From positions 1 to 64,000 of the forward strand of contig JAANOX010000193.1 of assembly GCA_020184695.1 (NCBI GenBank): a stretch of DNA of 64,000 nt, read 5' to 3'. The notes beneath the pieces are model-generated. The model was not told the DNA's origin, did not search any database, and saw only the letters and a list, made by a program, of their open reading frames with translations. The DNA is from Histomonas meleagridis 2922-C6/04-290x. Lineage: Eukaryota; Protista; Parabasalia. The translations under genes were made by a program, and so were the position numbers. Below, one piece after another: positions 14,099 to 26,300 of the stretch (the stretch's first letter is position 1; every line of letters starts with the position of its first letter).

Positions 14099-14182
14099 AA
14101 AGTAAACCATTCAATTGATTTTGGAGATATTTTTTTTTTTTTTTTGGTTTTGCTGATTAATATTCTTTTTTTCTTTTCGACT

Positions 14183-14227
14183 TTGCTCATTAGTGATAAA
14201 AACAAAGTTTGTTCACTTAATGGGCAA
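14183..14227. other. Imperfect 45-nt palindrome/hairpin
   Basis: TTGCTCATTAGTGA pairs with TCACTTAATGGGCAA around an inner AACAAA-G-TTTGTT palindrome. Confidence 0.7.
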
Positions 14228-14450
14228 TTGAGAACTTTTTTCTTTTTTTCTTTTTCTTTTAACCAAGGTACCCTCTCCCCCAAAGAGAGCCCTAATGGCG
14301 AATGAGTGTATTTATCACAAACCTGCCGAAGCCCGAGACGGCGGAGCATATTTTTTATATAAGGGCGTAGACAGGTGATCAGTATAAAGTGTACTAGGGA
14401 TGGGGGTCAGGTTGAAATTTTTATATAAAATGACCGTTATTTGAGGACCT

Positions 14451-17400
14451 TCAAATATGAAAATAATTGAACTTAAGCTTGTGGAGGACGTTAGTGGTAC
14501 CTCCAGTCAAGATACCCTTAAAAAAGGTAGGGTTTGCGAGCTAGCGACTTTTGAATGTACTTCGAAAATTGAATATTATTGAAAAAAAATTTGAAATTAT
14601 TTTGTCGCCACTTCGTCACAACAAAATTTATCTAATGGCGATGGTGAAATTGACAGAAAATTTGTAATGTCTGTTTGTATATTAAATGCCAGTTTGCAAA
14701 AAAAAATTGTAAAGACTCGTAAAATGACATGTTCATTGTCATTGTTTTTGTCGATATGTGATATGTTAGAATTGTCATTTTTATTTTTGTTGTCTCGGAA
14801 ATGTATCTATCATTGCATTAAAAACTTCTCCTTCATTACATAAAGCATCAAAGACTTCTCCTTCATTGTATAGAAGTTTTATATTTTTTGTATCATTTGT
14901 CATTTATTCGATTATTTTAAAATTGTTGATTATTTTTTCGTTCCATTTTTACCTTTTTTGAAATTTTTGTTTTTATTTTGTCGTGGTTTTTGTTCTGTCA
15001 TTTGTTTTATATTCTTTGTTTAGATTGTTTTTATTTTATATTAACAAATAATGAAAAAAAAAGAAGGAATCAAAGCAAAAAAAAACAATAAGAAATCATA
15101 TCAAAACATAGAAGAACAAGAAGAAATCAAATCGAATAATAAATAATTAAAAAATTAATTTTAATTCTCGTTTTTAATGAAAATAACTTAAATTATATAT
15201 ATAATACACAATAAATACAAAAATTTTTCATATTACCATGAAATAAAAGCAATTATCTTAATTAATAAACGATAATTTCTTATTTTTTATATTTTTTTTA
15301 AATTGTTTATAATAAATCGTTTATATTTTTTTATGTTAAACGTATTAGCACTCATTATTTCATTTTTTTGAAATGCAAACACAGCAAGATCTTCTGTTAT
15401 CATTCAATCCACTTTCTTATTAAATGTTTCACTTTATTGCATTCATAAAGCAAATGTACCCAAAAAGAAATTGGAAGAAAATAAAAAGTGTTATTGATGA
15501 CTTGATGGATTAACATTATGGAATGTTAAAAAAATAATACAAGATTTTTATTGGAAGCCAATTAATCTTGCACTTAGAGCCACAAGAACACTTGCATCGC
15601 TTAAAGGAATAAATCAATATGATGAAGAAGGTTTTCGCACAAATGAATTTTTAAATCTCTATCGTGAAACTCTACGATTAGCCAAGGAAGAACCGCAGAT
15701 AGTAGATGAGATGACAAAATGTCCACCCTTAGAAGCATCAATAACATATGTTAGAGAATATTTGGAACGTAACCATTTTTCTCTTAAATAAGCCCATATT
15801 GCAAAAAGAGGTGCTATATGCAATGATGCTGTTCAAAGCTATATTGAAAAGGTTGATGCTGTTTTTATAAAATTTGATGAAGATCATGTTTTTAACATGT
15901 ATGAAACATCTGTTAGAATCGCTTATTAACTTAAAAAGGTAGTGGGTATTGTTGGATCAGATAGTGTTCCGGTGTACAGTACATTAAATACAAAAGAGTG
16001 CTTTACCGTCGTTATGACTTGCACAAAAAACAGGACTTACCCTGCCATTATCCTTGCAAAAAGCAAAACCGAGATTTCTACCAAAAAATAAATGATAGAA
16101 AAATGTCCTTTTGAATATCAGGTCTGGACATGCAAAAATGGATGGACTGATGAAGAAGTTATGAAGCGTTATATTGATAATTCGAAAATAATTCATCCAG
16201 GTCCTTGTGCTCTTATTGTTGACACCATATGGTGCGCATATTACAGCAACAGTCAACAGATATGCAATGGAGAGAAGTATTACAATTATACAAGTGCCAT
16301 TTAATAAAACAGCACTTTACCAACCCCTGGATAGAAAAATTTTTGGAATCGTCAAACAAAAATTGAGATCCAAGCTTGGGACTAAAAGTGATGATGACGG
16401 TGAAAATAGATACAGGATAGCGTTGGAATATTTTTTTGGAGGCATGTAGCAAAATTACTCAAAAGCATCTAAATTCAGCATGGAATATACCAGGAGTGCT
16501 ATTGACTGATAATGATGAAAAACAATTATCAAATTGAATAAAAATTTGATTTCTAAGGAATTAATCTTGAGTTTAAGTAAATCGAGATTTGATGTGTTCG
16601 TGACATGACCAAATAGCATCTCAATTTATGTATTGAAATGCTGTACATTTTTTAAACAAAACCGTTTTATGTTTGTGAAGTGACCATATAATATCAGAAT
16701 GGGGTCGCAACCAAAAGAGTAAAAAACCGTTCGAAATTGAATAAGTAGGAGGAATAGATGAATCACCTTAATCGTTTTTAAAATAAAAATTTCTAAAATT
16801 TTTAAAGTAAATTCTATATTGAGCATACATTCGAATGATACAATTTTCGAAGCTATATGACTCTCGTATGTCGAGATAAATTATCTGAAAGTTGCACTTT
16901 TTTGGAGTCATTTTTTTAGAAATGCATTTCAGGTGTCCTGCATTGTTGCAAAGATATACAATAGCATATTTTTGAGAAAAAATTTTTGAAAAAAGCTAAA
17001 AAGGGAAAATTAGAAAAAGATTAATTTAGAAAAAGAAATTAACCCCATCTATTTTATATATAATAATATTATATAATCAAAATAAATTTTTAATCCGCTG
17101 AAAATTTTGTTCTTCCTGCTAAACTTAGCAAGATATTTTTATTTTGAATTGAATGCTGAATTTTGGCGCGGCAAAAACGGTGAAAAATTGTTTCCGCGGG
17201 AAAATTTCAATTAAAGATTGAGTGAGAGTGGTTATAGATTAAAAAAATTACAATAGTTTATGTAAAATCGTATTTGTAAACTAGTCAAAAGTCGCTAGCT
17301 CGCAAACCCTATTTTTTTTAAAGGTATTTTTATTTTTGTCCCAATTGAATGGATAACCGTAATTCGAAATTGAATACTTTACGTAGAACAGTCCAACTAA

Positions 17401-18866
17401 ATTAGGCCCAAGTTTGTTGCCCCGAAAGTTGATATTATTAAAAATATCCATGAAAAATTATTATTAAAATATAATGAATAACAGATATATTATCAGAAGT
17501 ATATAGATTCTTTGATATCGCTTTTTTTAAGTCTGATAATGCATAATCTAGAGAATAAAGCTTTATCATTACTATTTAACATACCATATAAATCAGGATG
17601 ATTAGAATTTAGCATTTCGATGGCATAATCTGATTCTTGCTTACTATCTTTACACATTGCTCTAACAGCAAGTTTACTATTAGTTAAATGCTTAACTACA
17701 TTATCCATAATTTTAGTTTTATAATTATCTGTGCTAAATTCATCATAAGATCTATATAATTTATTAGCTAAAACTCCATTGTGTTTTTCTAATAAAGTTT
17801 GTTCTCCGATACCAACTAAAGCATATTCTTTGTATACTTCTCAAATGAATTATCTATATAATTCTTTCCTGTATTACCTGCTTCACTATATTTAACAAAG
17901 AATACTGGTTCTTTTTTATGATATTGTAATAAATAAGCATTAACATATAATAAATGATTAAATGCTTTAATAGATTCTTCATCATATAATTGATCGTGTA
18001 TAATATTTAACCATGTATCAACTAAGTCTTGATTTATGGCTATATTTATATATGATAATTCTTGAGTAGGAGGTCTAAATAAACCAAATATATTAATATC
18101 ATCTCCTAATATATCATATTTATTAAAACTTTTGAATTTTGGTCTAATATTTTTAATATCATCTAATAACTTAATTAATTTAATATTTTTAGTATCAGAA
18201 ACCTTTTTATGTTGTTTCTTCATTTTTTCTTTTTCTTCTTCTGTGGTATTAACATTTATTGTTATACTACCTATAGTTTCTAATAGTTCTTTTTTAGAAG
18301 ATTTAATATTAAAAACTAAATGGTCATTATCCCATTCTTTTAATATATATTTACCGTTATTAATAATAAATGCAAAACATTTAGTTAAATTATTAATATA
18401 ATCATCTATATTAATGTATTTATAAGCATCATTTAAATAATCAGTAAAAGTATATTTTGATGTTAAAAAAATCTTCTTTATAAGTATTTTCAACAGTAGT
18501 AATTATTGGTTTAACATATTTAATATAATATTCTGGATCATAAATTTTTAACATTTTAAGTAAGGTACCATAATTTTTATTCTTTTTCTCTATATATCTA
18601 TTTATTTGGCTTTCCCAGTTAATTTTTAAATTATCAGATAATATAGAATGCTTTTTTATATATTCTAATGCATATAATAATTCTTGTCTAGTTATAATAT
18701 TATTAACCTCAAACCATCTAAAACTTTTAATAATAGGCATTATTATAGCTATTTCAGTATCTATATTAGTATTACAATCGTTATGAATACAGTTGTTCTG
18801 GTCCATATTGCTGAACGGTCTATCCTCAAAATTCAAAGAATTAAATTTCAACCATTTTTGATACCA
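14451..18866 (-). pseudogene. Viral-type PriCT + D5-like SF3 helicase gene, 5'-truncated, frameshifted, interrupted by a pogo element
   Basis: Track ORFs 18441-18851, 17816-18493 and 17493-17708 join via single-base frameshifts. Motifs: PriCT-like NYGTLLKMLKIYDPEYY, NIFGLFRPP, Walker A SEAGNTGKNY, Walker B RSYDEF, motif C EMLNSN and Arg finger LFSRLCII. The C-terminal frame runs across the excised pogo site (NWDKNKN|ILTGGTTNVLHKLKFNYFHI*, stop 14451-53). Confidence 0.75.
14515..17324 (+). mobile_element. pogo-like (DDE_1) transposon, 2810 bp, decayed
   Basis: Inverted repeats 14513-14554 and 17285-17326 (42 nt including the terminal TA, 3 mismatches). Transposase fragments at about 15400-16550: FNMYETSVR, NGWTDEE, LIVDT and LYQPLDRKIFG. 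Confidence 0.9.
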
Positions 18867-18867
18867 C

Positions 18868-18906
18868 TATATATATTTTTTTTGCACGAATTAACGGAAC
18901 ACCCAA
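18868..18906. mobile_element. Solo mariner end (TIR remnant)
   Basis: TATATATTTTTTTTGCACGAATTAACGGAACACCCAA followed by TA, near-identical to the 13758-13793 end of the 12516-13793 element. Confidence 0.85.
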
Positions 18907-19101
18907 TATTGATAAAGATTTTTCTTTACCATAAAAAATCGAATTGATAACCTTATACATTTGTTAATTGAAAAATTTAGTTGTTAATCAATTTTAAGCA
19001 TCATACATATATAATCAGGATGAAACACTATTTTTCTTAGAATGACTTAGCAATTTTTTTCTTCGGATTACAAAAAAGTGACAAATAATAAATTTTGCTT
19101 T

Positions 19102-20010
19102 ATGAACAATTTGCTTTGCTCAGCTTGTATCGAACATTTTAACCAAGCACTTCGATCACCAATTGGGCAAGCCTTAACTTCCTATTTTAATTCTTTGGAA
19201 AATCAGCCTCCAGATGAAATTAATATTTTTATTGTCAAATTAAAATTAGATGAAAATAAATATAAAACACCAGAGGAGTGGCTCAATGAGCTTCATTGTG
19301 TGGTTCAAAGAGCTATCAATTTTTTTGGAACAGATTCAGAGATTACTTTAGCACTTCTTTCGATACAAAAATCTATCATTAAATCAGTAAAACCATACCT
19401 ACAACCAACAGAAACAACATGGCACGAATCACTTTTAACTTTCAAAGATATATTTTCTCAATATATTTCAATTTGTCCAAATGATATTCAATCTTTTAAT
19501 GATTTTACAGCACTTATTCCTCCTCCTCATCCCGTACCGTTGAAAGCACCAGCAGCACCTGTCAAACAACAGTCAAGTTCAATTGATATTTACGAGCTCA
19601 AAGATCTCATACAGCGTCAAATCACGGACAAGGACTTAGAGTACCTCGGAAGTATTGTTTCGCGCTACGAACATGAATTTAGTAAAGCAAAAGGGCTTGT
19701 TGATTGCGATCTAAAAAAATTAAGATCAATCACCCAAAAGCTACTATATGAATATGCGTCCAAACATGCAGCTCCAAAGCGCGTACCAAACAGCATGCCA
19801 CCACGAATCAAATCTACTCCGCTTCCTCCTTCAATAGTTGCAAATTTAGCTTTACAAAAAACAAAAAACATAACCGAAACTTCTCCATTTTTGACAATGG
19901 GAAATAAAGGTAAGAGCAACGATACCTCTGCCAATGAAAATGAAAAAGGTGAGTCCCAAATCGCAAATTCCATTCCGAATAAAAGTGAAGAAAAAACAGA
20001 TGTTAAATAA
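19102..20010 (+). CDS. Divergent bromodomain-like protein with ET/NET-like C-terminal domain
   Basis: IVKLKLDENKYKTPEEWLNELHCVVQRAINFFGTDSEI resembles bromodomain helices A-B. A Pro-rich linker leads to YELKDLI...DCDLKKLRSITQKLLYEY (ET-like). Probable ATG at 19102 within track ORF 19078-20010. Confidence 0.55.
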   Translation: MNNLLCSACIEHFNQALRSPIGQALTSYFNSLENQPPDEINIFIVKLKLDENKYKTPEEWLNELHCVVQRAINFFGTDSEITLALLSIQKSIIKSVKPYLQPTETTWHESLLTFKDIFSQYISICPNDIQSFNDFTALIPPPHPVPLKAPAAPVKQQSSSIDIYELKDLIQRQITDKDLEYLGSIVSRYEHEFSKAKGLVDCDLKKLRSITQKLLYEYASKHAAPKRVPNSMPPRIKSTPLPPSIVANLALQKTKNITETSPFLTMGNKGKSNDTSANENEKGESQIANSIPNKSEEKTDVK

Positions 20011-20348
20011 AAATAGATGTTAATGAAATGTTTTAAATGCATATTTTAAATTAGAAAAGTGAAGTTTAGTGAGGCATTTAGTTGTCATATGGAAAAAAAA
20101 TGATGGCTTTTTGATCGGCATGTGAGCTTAAACAAACACAAATATCTTGGACAAAAATAGGAATTCAGAAATAAAACGTTTTAATAAGTCCTTTAATAAG
20201 TACATTAATATTATATATAATAGAAAAAATCAGAACCTTGTAAAAACCTTTAACATCATTTTTATAGAGGTTTATTAAAAAATGACGCCCAAAAAACGAT
20301 GCACATAAATTTTTGTGTATTTTCATTTTAAAAAATAACTAATTTATT

Positions 20349-23300
20349 TTACTCATCTAACATATTTATTTCCTTCATTAAAACAGTTATTTTACCATTT
20401 TTTGTCATAATTAAGAACAAAGCTTTCGATGCGTTATACATTACTATTGAAACTTCTTCATGAGCTTCTATGACTCTATTTAATTTTTCTGGTTTCATAG
20501 GGTCGAAATATTTTATAACATGAGATTCATTTTCGAAAGCCACTAAATCGAATGCTTCTTTTGAGCAGAACGTGAAATAATTAATAATTTTCTCTGATGT
20601 TTGAAAACGTTTAATTAGTTTTCCATTTACATTAAACACGAAAATATCATTATTCGGACTAACAGTGAAAGCTATTATCATTCCCCATTTTGGGGTTATT
20701 AAAATCTTTTTCGTTTCGAATCCAAGTTTAATTTTATTAACGATTTCACCATTAATTAAATTATGAACTTGTAAAACGCCATCAATAGTTACAACGACGA
20801 AAATCTTAAAAACAGAATTCGCTTCAAGATTTGTTATACGATTATTTGTATAACATAAAATTTTTGTTGTTGAGTTTTTAGATTTAATTGCAACTGTAGA
20901 AGAATCAGGACAAAACAAAATGCTTTTATCGAAAATAGAAATTAATTCAAGTTCGGCGAATATTTCGATATTCGAAACAATATTTGAGTTTTCGACTATT
21001 TTTGCGTTATGTTTTTCTTTTGAAAATATTCCGATTTTTTTAGTTTCAACACAAAAAACATTAAAATTATGATCAAAATCATTAATTTGTGAAACTTTTG
21101 ATGTGATAAGTCCAGCATTATCATCATATGATATTTTAATTATTGAACCATCGCTAATTAAAGCTTGTAGAGAATTTCCCACTAAACGCGTTGAAGAAAT
21201 AATTTTTCTATCTTCAAGTTTAATTTCATATTTTTTAAAGCATTTATTATAATTACTTACCACATTTTTCTTAGGAATTTGTTTATCGAATAATGGAATA
21301 TGTTTCATAAATGTATTAATCGAAAAAACATTTTGTAACCATAAATGTAATTGTTGTGTAATAATTTTCGGTTCAAGAATTCTTCGAAGTTTATATATAA
21401 AATCGAATGAATTATTTGCCCAATTTGGTATATTCGTAATACATTCACAAGTTGTATAAAAGTCGACAGGTAAAATCGAATGATTATTAATGGCATCACG
21501 TGTATTAACATTCGGTAAAATATTTGTTTCAGTAACAGTTATCTCAGAACGTATAGAATTAATATCATCAAATGAATATAAAACATTCGGAAATATTAAA
21601 TACATTGACGAATCATGATAACTTCGACCAGAAATTATATTTAATAACATTATAGTTTCGAAATTTGATAATTGATTTGTTTGCCACATTTCAATTACAT
21701 TGTTTTTAGTTTCATTTATTGATACTGGATGTAATATTAATCGATTAATCGATTTATTATTTTCAAAATCAATTAGATATGATTTTCCTGTATATAATAT
21801 TATTTCGATTGCTGTATATTTACGTTTGATAAATAAACTTTGAATTTCATTAAATTTTATAATTCTTTGTTTAACATTTGATGTTATTATAAATTTCTTA
21901 GTATGTACTTCAAAAACAATTTTAGTAATTTTGGTATATTGGATTAATGTTGCTGTTGTTTTATATGTTACAGTTGCTATATCATTATAAAATGGTTTAT
22001 AAGTTTTAGGCTTAAATTGTTTTTTAATTTTAAGTTTAGGTGAACAATAACAATTATTACATACACAAAAATCACGAACATAAATAATTTTATTGTTGAT
22101 ATTATTAGGAATTCTATTTTGATATAATTGATATTCATTATTTATATTATTAATGTTCTTTTGATCATAAGTTAAAGAATTTTCTTTAATTATTTGATAT
22201 ATATATTTAAATTCATTTTTAATTGTATTAAATATTTGATTTAAAGAACTTTTTAGTAAATTTTCACTTTTGCTTTTATTAATTTGGAAGAAAAATTCCG
22301 AATTTTGGATTAAATTATTACGAACATTTTCATTAATTTGACTTTTATCAATGAAATTTAAAAACATATTATAATATTTTAAGAATTCGTTTTTCAAATT
22401 TGAATTTTTAATTAATGAAATTCCAATATTTGCTACTTCAAGATTATTCCAATTACCAGAATCGTCTAAATTTAATGAAAATATTTGGTGTAATAAATCT
22501 GTTTCAATTCTTAATGAAATGTCATAAATAAAATTATCATCTTCAATTTGTATATCATAATTTTTTAATATTGGATAAGTTATTATATTAAAATCATTTT
22601 CATAAAAAATCGAACTTTTATATAAATCTATTAATTCTTTATGATGTGTTTTAGTAGAAAATGAATAAAAACAAAAATAAAATGCGTTTTGTATAACGAA
22701 ATCGAAAAATTTATTTGAAAAATTATTATTAGTTAAATAAGTTTGAATATTTTGTAATAATATAAAGTAATGATTAATTTCTGTTTTATAATAATTACAA
22801 ACGACAAAAATTAATGAACAAATTTGATTAAATTCATTAATTCTTTTGTTTTCATCTTGTTCCAAAAACAAAACATATGAAATAAAATCATAAATTTCTT
22901 GTGTATTTTCTAAATTAGTTTTAAATGATAATAAAATTGGATAAATATACCAAAGTGAATTTAATTTCATTAATAATTTTAATTGTTTAATTTCTTTAAA
23001 TATTTGACAAACAATTCCATGTGTTTGATTACCTAAATGTAATGATAAAATACAAATTAATATAAATATTTCAGGAATTTCTTTAATGTATTTTCTCATT
23101 CTATTTAATATTTCAAGTTGATTGGAATTCGATTTAAATTGAAATCCAGAACTTATTAAATGTATAATGAAACTATTAGTGTTTTGATAAGTTAATTTTA
23201 TTATTGTTAATAAACAATTTTCGATGATATCAATATCTTCATTATTTAATAATGAATGAAGATTTAACAAATATTTATTTAATAATTTTGTTTCTTTTAA

Positions 23301-26300
23301 GATCGGAATTGATATATTTTGAGTTAGTTTAAACATTTGAATTAAATTTTGTTTATTTTTCCAATTATTAATTTGTAGAAATAAATTTTCTATATCTTTT
23401 TCAGTTAATATAATAAATGAAATTCTTGAAAGTAAATTTATAAACAAATCCGAACATTTATTTATCATTTCTTTCGTATAAGTTTCATTTAATAAATTCT
23501 TCTTTTCAGTTATAAATTCTGATGAATAATCTTCTTTCAAACAGAATAATAACATATATTGATTTAATAAACTTGAAAAATATGATTCAACATCAGAATT
23601 AAAATCATTAAAAATATATTCATAAGTTTCAACTAAATTAGAATTCCAATGTTTTAATATTATATAAAAATGTGATGAAGAACATTGTATCCAAAACAAA
23701 GGATTTAATATAAATGTATCAAACCATTGTTTTTGAAGATCTTTATAAGTTATATTACCAAACACATAAAAAAATGAAAAGTATAAATCAGATGAAAGTT
23801 TTTCAGGTGATTTAGATAAATTATAAAGAATTAAATCAACACCATTAAATTCTTTTTGTGGCGTTATACTTCTCTTAAATAACTGACTTATCATACCTAA
23901 AATCATTGAAGTATAAGTAAATGAAGATGTATTAAAATGATTAAAGAATTTAACTAATGTATTACATTCATTACAATTTACCATCGCATCTAAAATAGGT
24001 AAAGGTGAAGGATATTTATCATATACATTAATAATTAATTTACTTTTAGGTTTATTTCGTTGAAATGTATTATTTCTTTCGACATTAAAAGTTCCTTTAA
24101 TTGAAGGATTTGTGATAATATTTGTAGAGAATAAACATTTATCAATGATTTTCCAAGGTGATTTAATTAAAGTTTTAACATTTTTATTATCAAAAGCAAA
24201 TGGAAATATTTGAAAATCACCAATTTTACCAAATTGATGATCTTTCCATTCAGGACTTATAGGGTCTTGATCATCAATTCCTCCAAATATTAATTGAAGT
24301 GGTCCTTCTGTAAATCTAAAATTACATAATTCACTATCGTTATATTGTATCAAATTTTTATAATTATTTAATGAAAGAGCTTTTTCTTGAAACTTAAAAA
24401 CAATTGAAATATGATTCCATACATTCGAATCTTGGAATTTCATTAAAACAACAGTTGTTCGAGTTGTAACTGATTCATATTTAGCATAAAGAACCATTTG
24501 ATTAAGAAATATTATTAATTGATTATTCAAGGTATCAGTTATTGTTAAAATTTTTATATGGACATTACTTTCCATTAATAATTGTGTATCAAGATTTAAC
24601 ATAAAATGTACAGTAAAGTTATTATTTAAATCAAATGAATTTACACCATTTACATCAAATAATGCATCAGAATAACTTAATGAAAAAATTGCAGATGGAA
24701 TACTTTGGCATTTTGTGATTAATTTACCTAATAAATCACAAATTTGATGATTTTCCTCTTTAACTATACTTTCGACTAAATAATGTGAATTGATTTTACT
24801 TGATTTAGAAATCATAATTGTTGTTAATAAAGGTACAACATATTTTTGAGTTATTTCTTCATCAATATGTAATGAGAATTGACATCCACGATAATTTATA
24901 ATTGTTTCATTTGTTTTAGAACATATAAAAATCGAGAAAATTAAATATAAATCACCATCATGACAAAGTCTTCGATTATAATCAGAATATTCACATAAAT
25001 CGTTAATATATTTAATTATCGGAACAATTCTTTTTGATTTACCAAAAATCGCTATAATTAAAGGTAAAACAGAAGGCACCGAAATTAAAAACATTGAACC
25101 TAAATTTATTGATATATTTTTACATAATAAGCAAAATAATTTTTGTTCGATTAATATCGTGGGTTCATTATTATAAACAGATTTAATACATTTATACAAT
25201 TTATTAAAAATGATTTCATTAATTTCAAATTGCTTTTTTATCGAAGCTATATATGAATAAAATGTTAATATATCTAAAAGCATTTGTTCATTTGGTTGTT
25301 TTATTATATAATCTGAAAATGGATCAATTAATGATTCAAACATTAATGAGATTTTTGGATTATGCTTAAAAGAATACATTAAACTATTTAATAAGTCTTT
25401 ACATAAATTTTGATATATTAAATCATCAAAATTAACTGTGCATGAAATAATTGTATTTTTAATATTTGAAATTAATGATTTTAATTTAATTTCTTTTGAT
25501 TTAATTTGGATTTGTGAAATCGAATTTCGTAATGTTTTTATAACTGAAAAAGTTAAAGGTTGTTCAAATATATATCGATAATAACCATAAATAAATTTAC
25601 TACTTGAAATTGCTGAGTATAAAGATAATGGATTTAAAGCAAGTTCAGACATAATTATAAAAATGGAGTTTCTTGTTTTTAATATAATTTGTGAATTATC
25701 ATTTAAGTTAAATTGTTGAAGTTTTAAAGAATTTAACGAAATTGCATATAAGAATTCTTTGTTATTTAAAATTGTTAAATTAAATTTTGAAGATTTTAAA
25801 ACTCTTAATAATAATTCAGTAAAAATAAAAACTTCTTCTTTAAGTAATAAAATTAATTTAAGTATTAAATCGGATGAAATATCAATTAAAATATCAATAA
25901 ATTTATTTCGAATACAATTAATACAAATGTTCAGTTTTTCGTCTTGGAATACATGATTTGTTAAATCAGGAAATATTAATTTTATTAAATTTTCCATATT
26001 ATTAATAAAGAATTCTTTATTTTTAAAGTATTGCAATATATATAAAAAACATGAACAAGTTTGGAAATAAAAATTCTTTGATAATACCATTATATGCATC
26101 ATAAATGTTTCGAAAAATGCTTTATGAACTTTTGTTCCTTTTATATCATTTTCCGATGTTTTAAATGCTGCTGAAATCAATTGTGAATATTTAAGTATTT
26201 CCGAAGACATTAATTTTTCGAATTCAATTGAATCAATCAAACATTCATACGGTGGTTCATCATTATCTTTAATATCTCCATTTAAAGCAGTTAAGAATTG

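Noticed and set aside
14074-14349. 91-aa minus-strand ORF as a viral gene
   Set aside because: Largely poly-Lys from T-runs with no recognisable motif; probably incidental.
14099-14450. CRESS nonanucleotide origin (NANTATTAC)
   Set aside because: Not found on either strand; AGTATAAAG at 14381 is not a match.
14600-15040. Second, minus-strand ORF remnant inside the pogo element with a duplicated NEGEVF motif
   Set aside because: Fragmentary and low complexity, with no identifiable family; cannot be supported as captured cargo.
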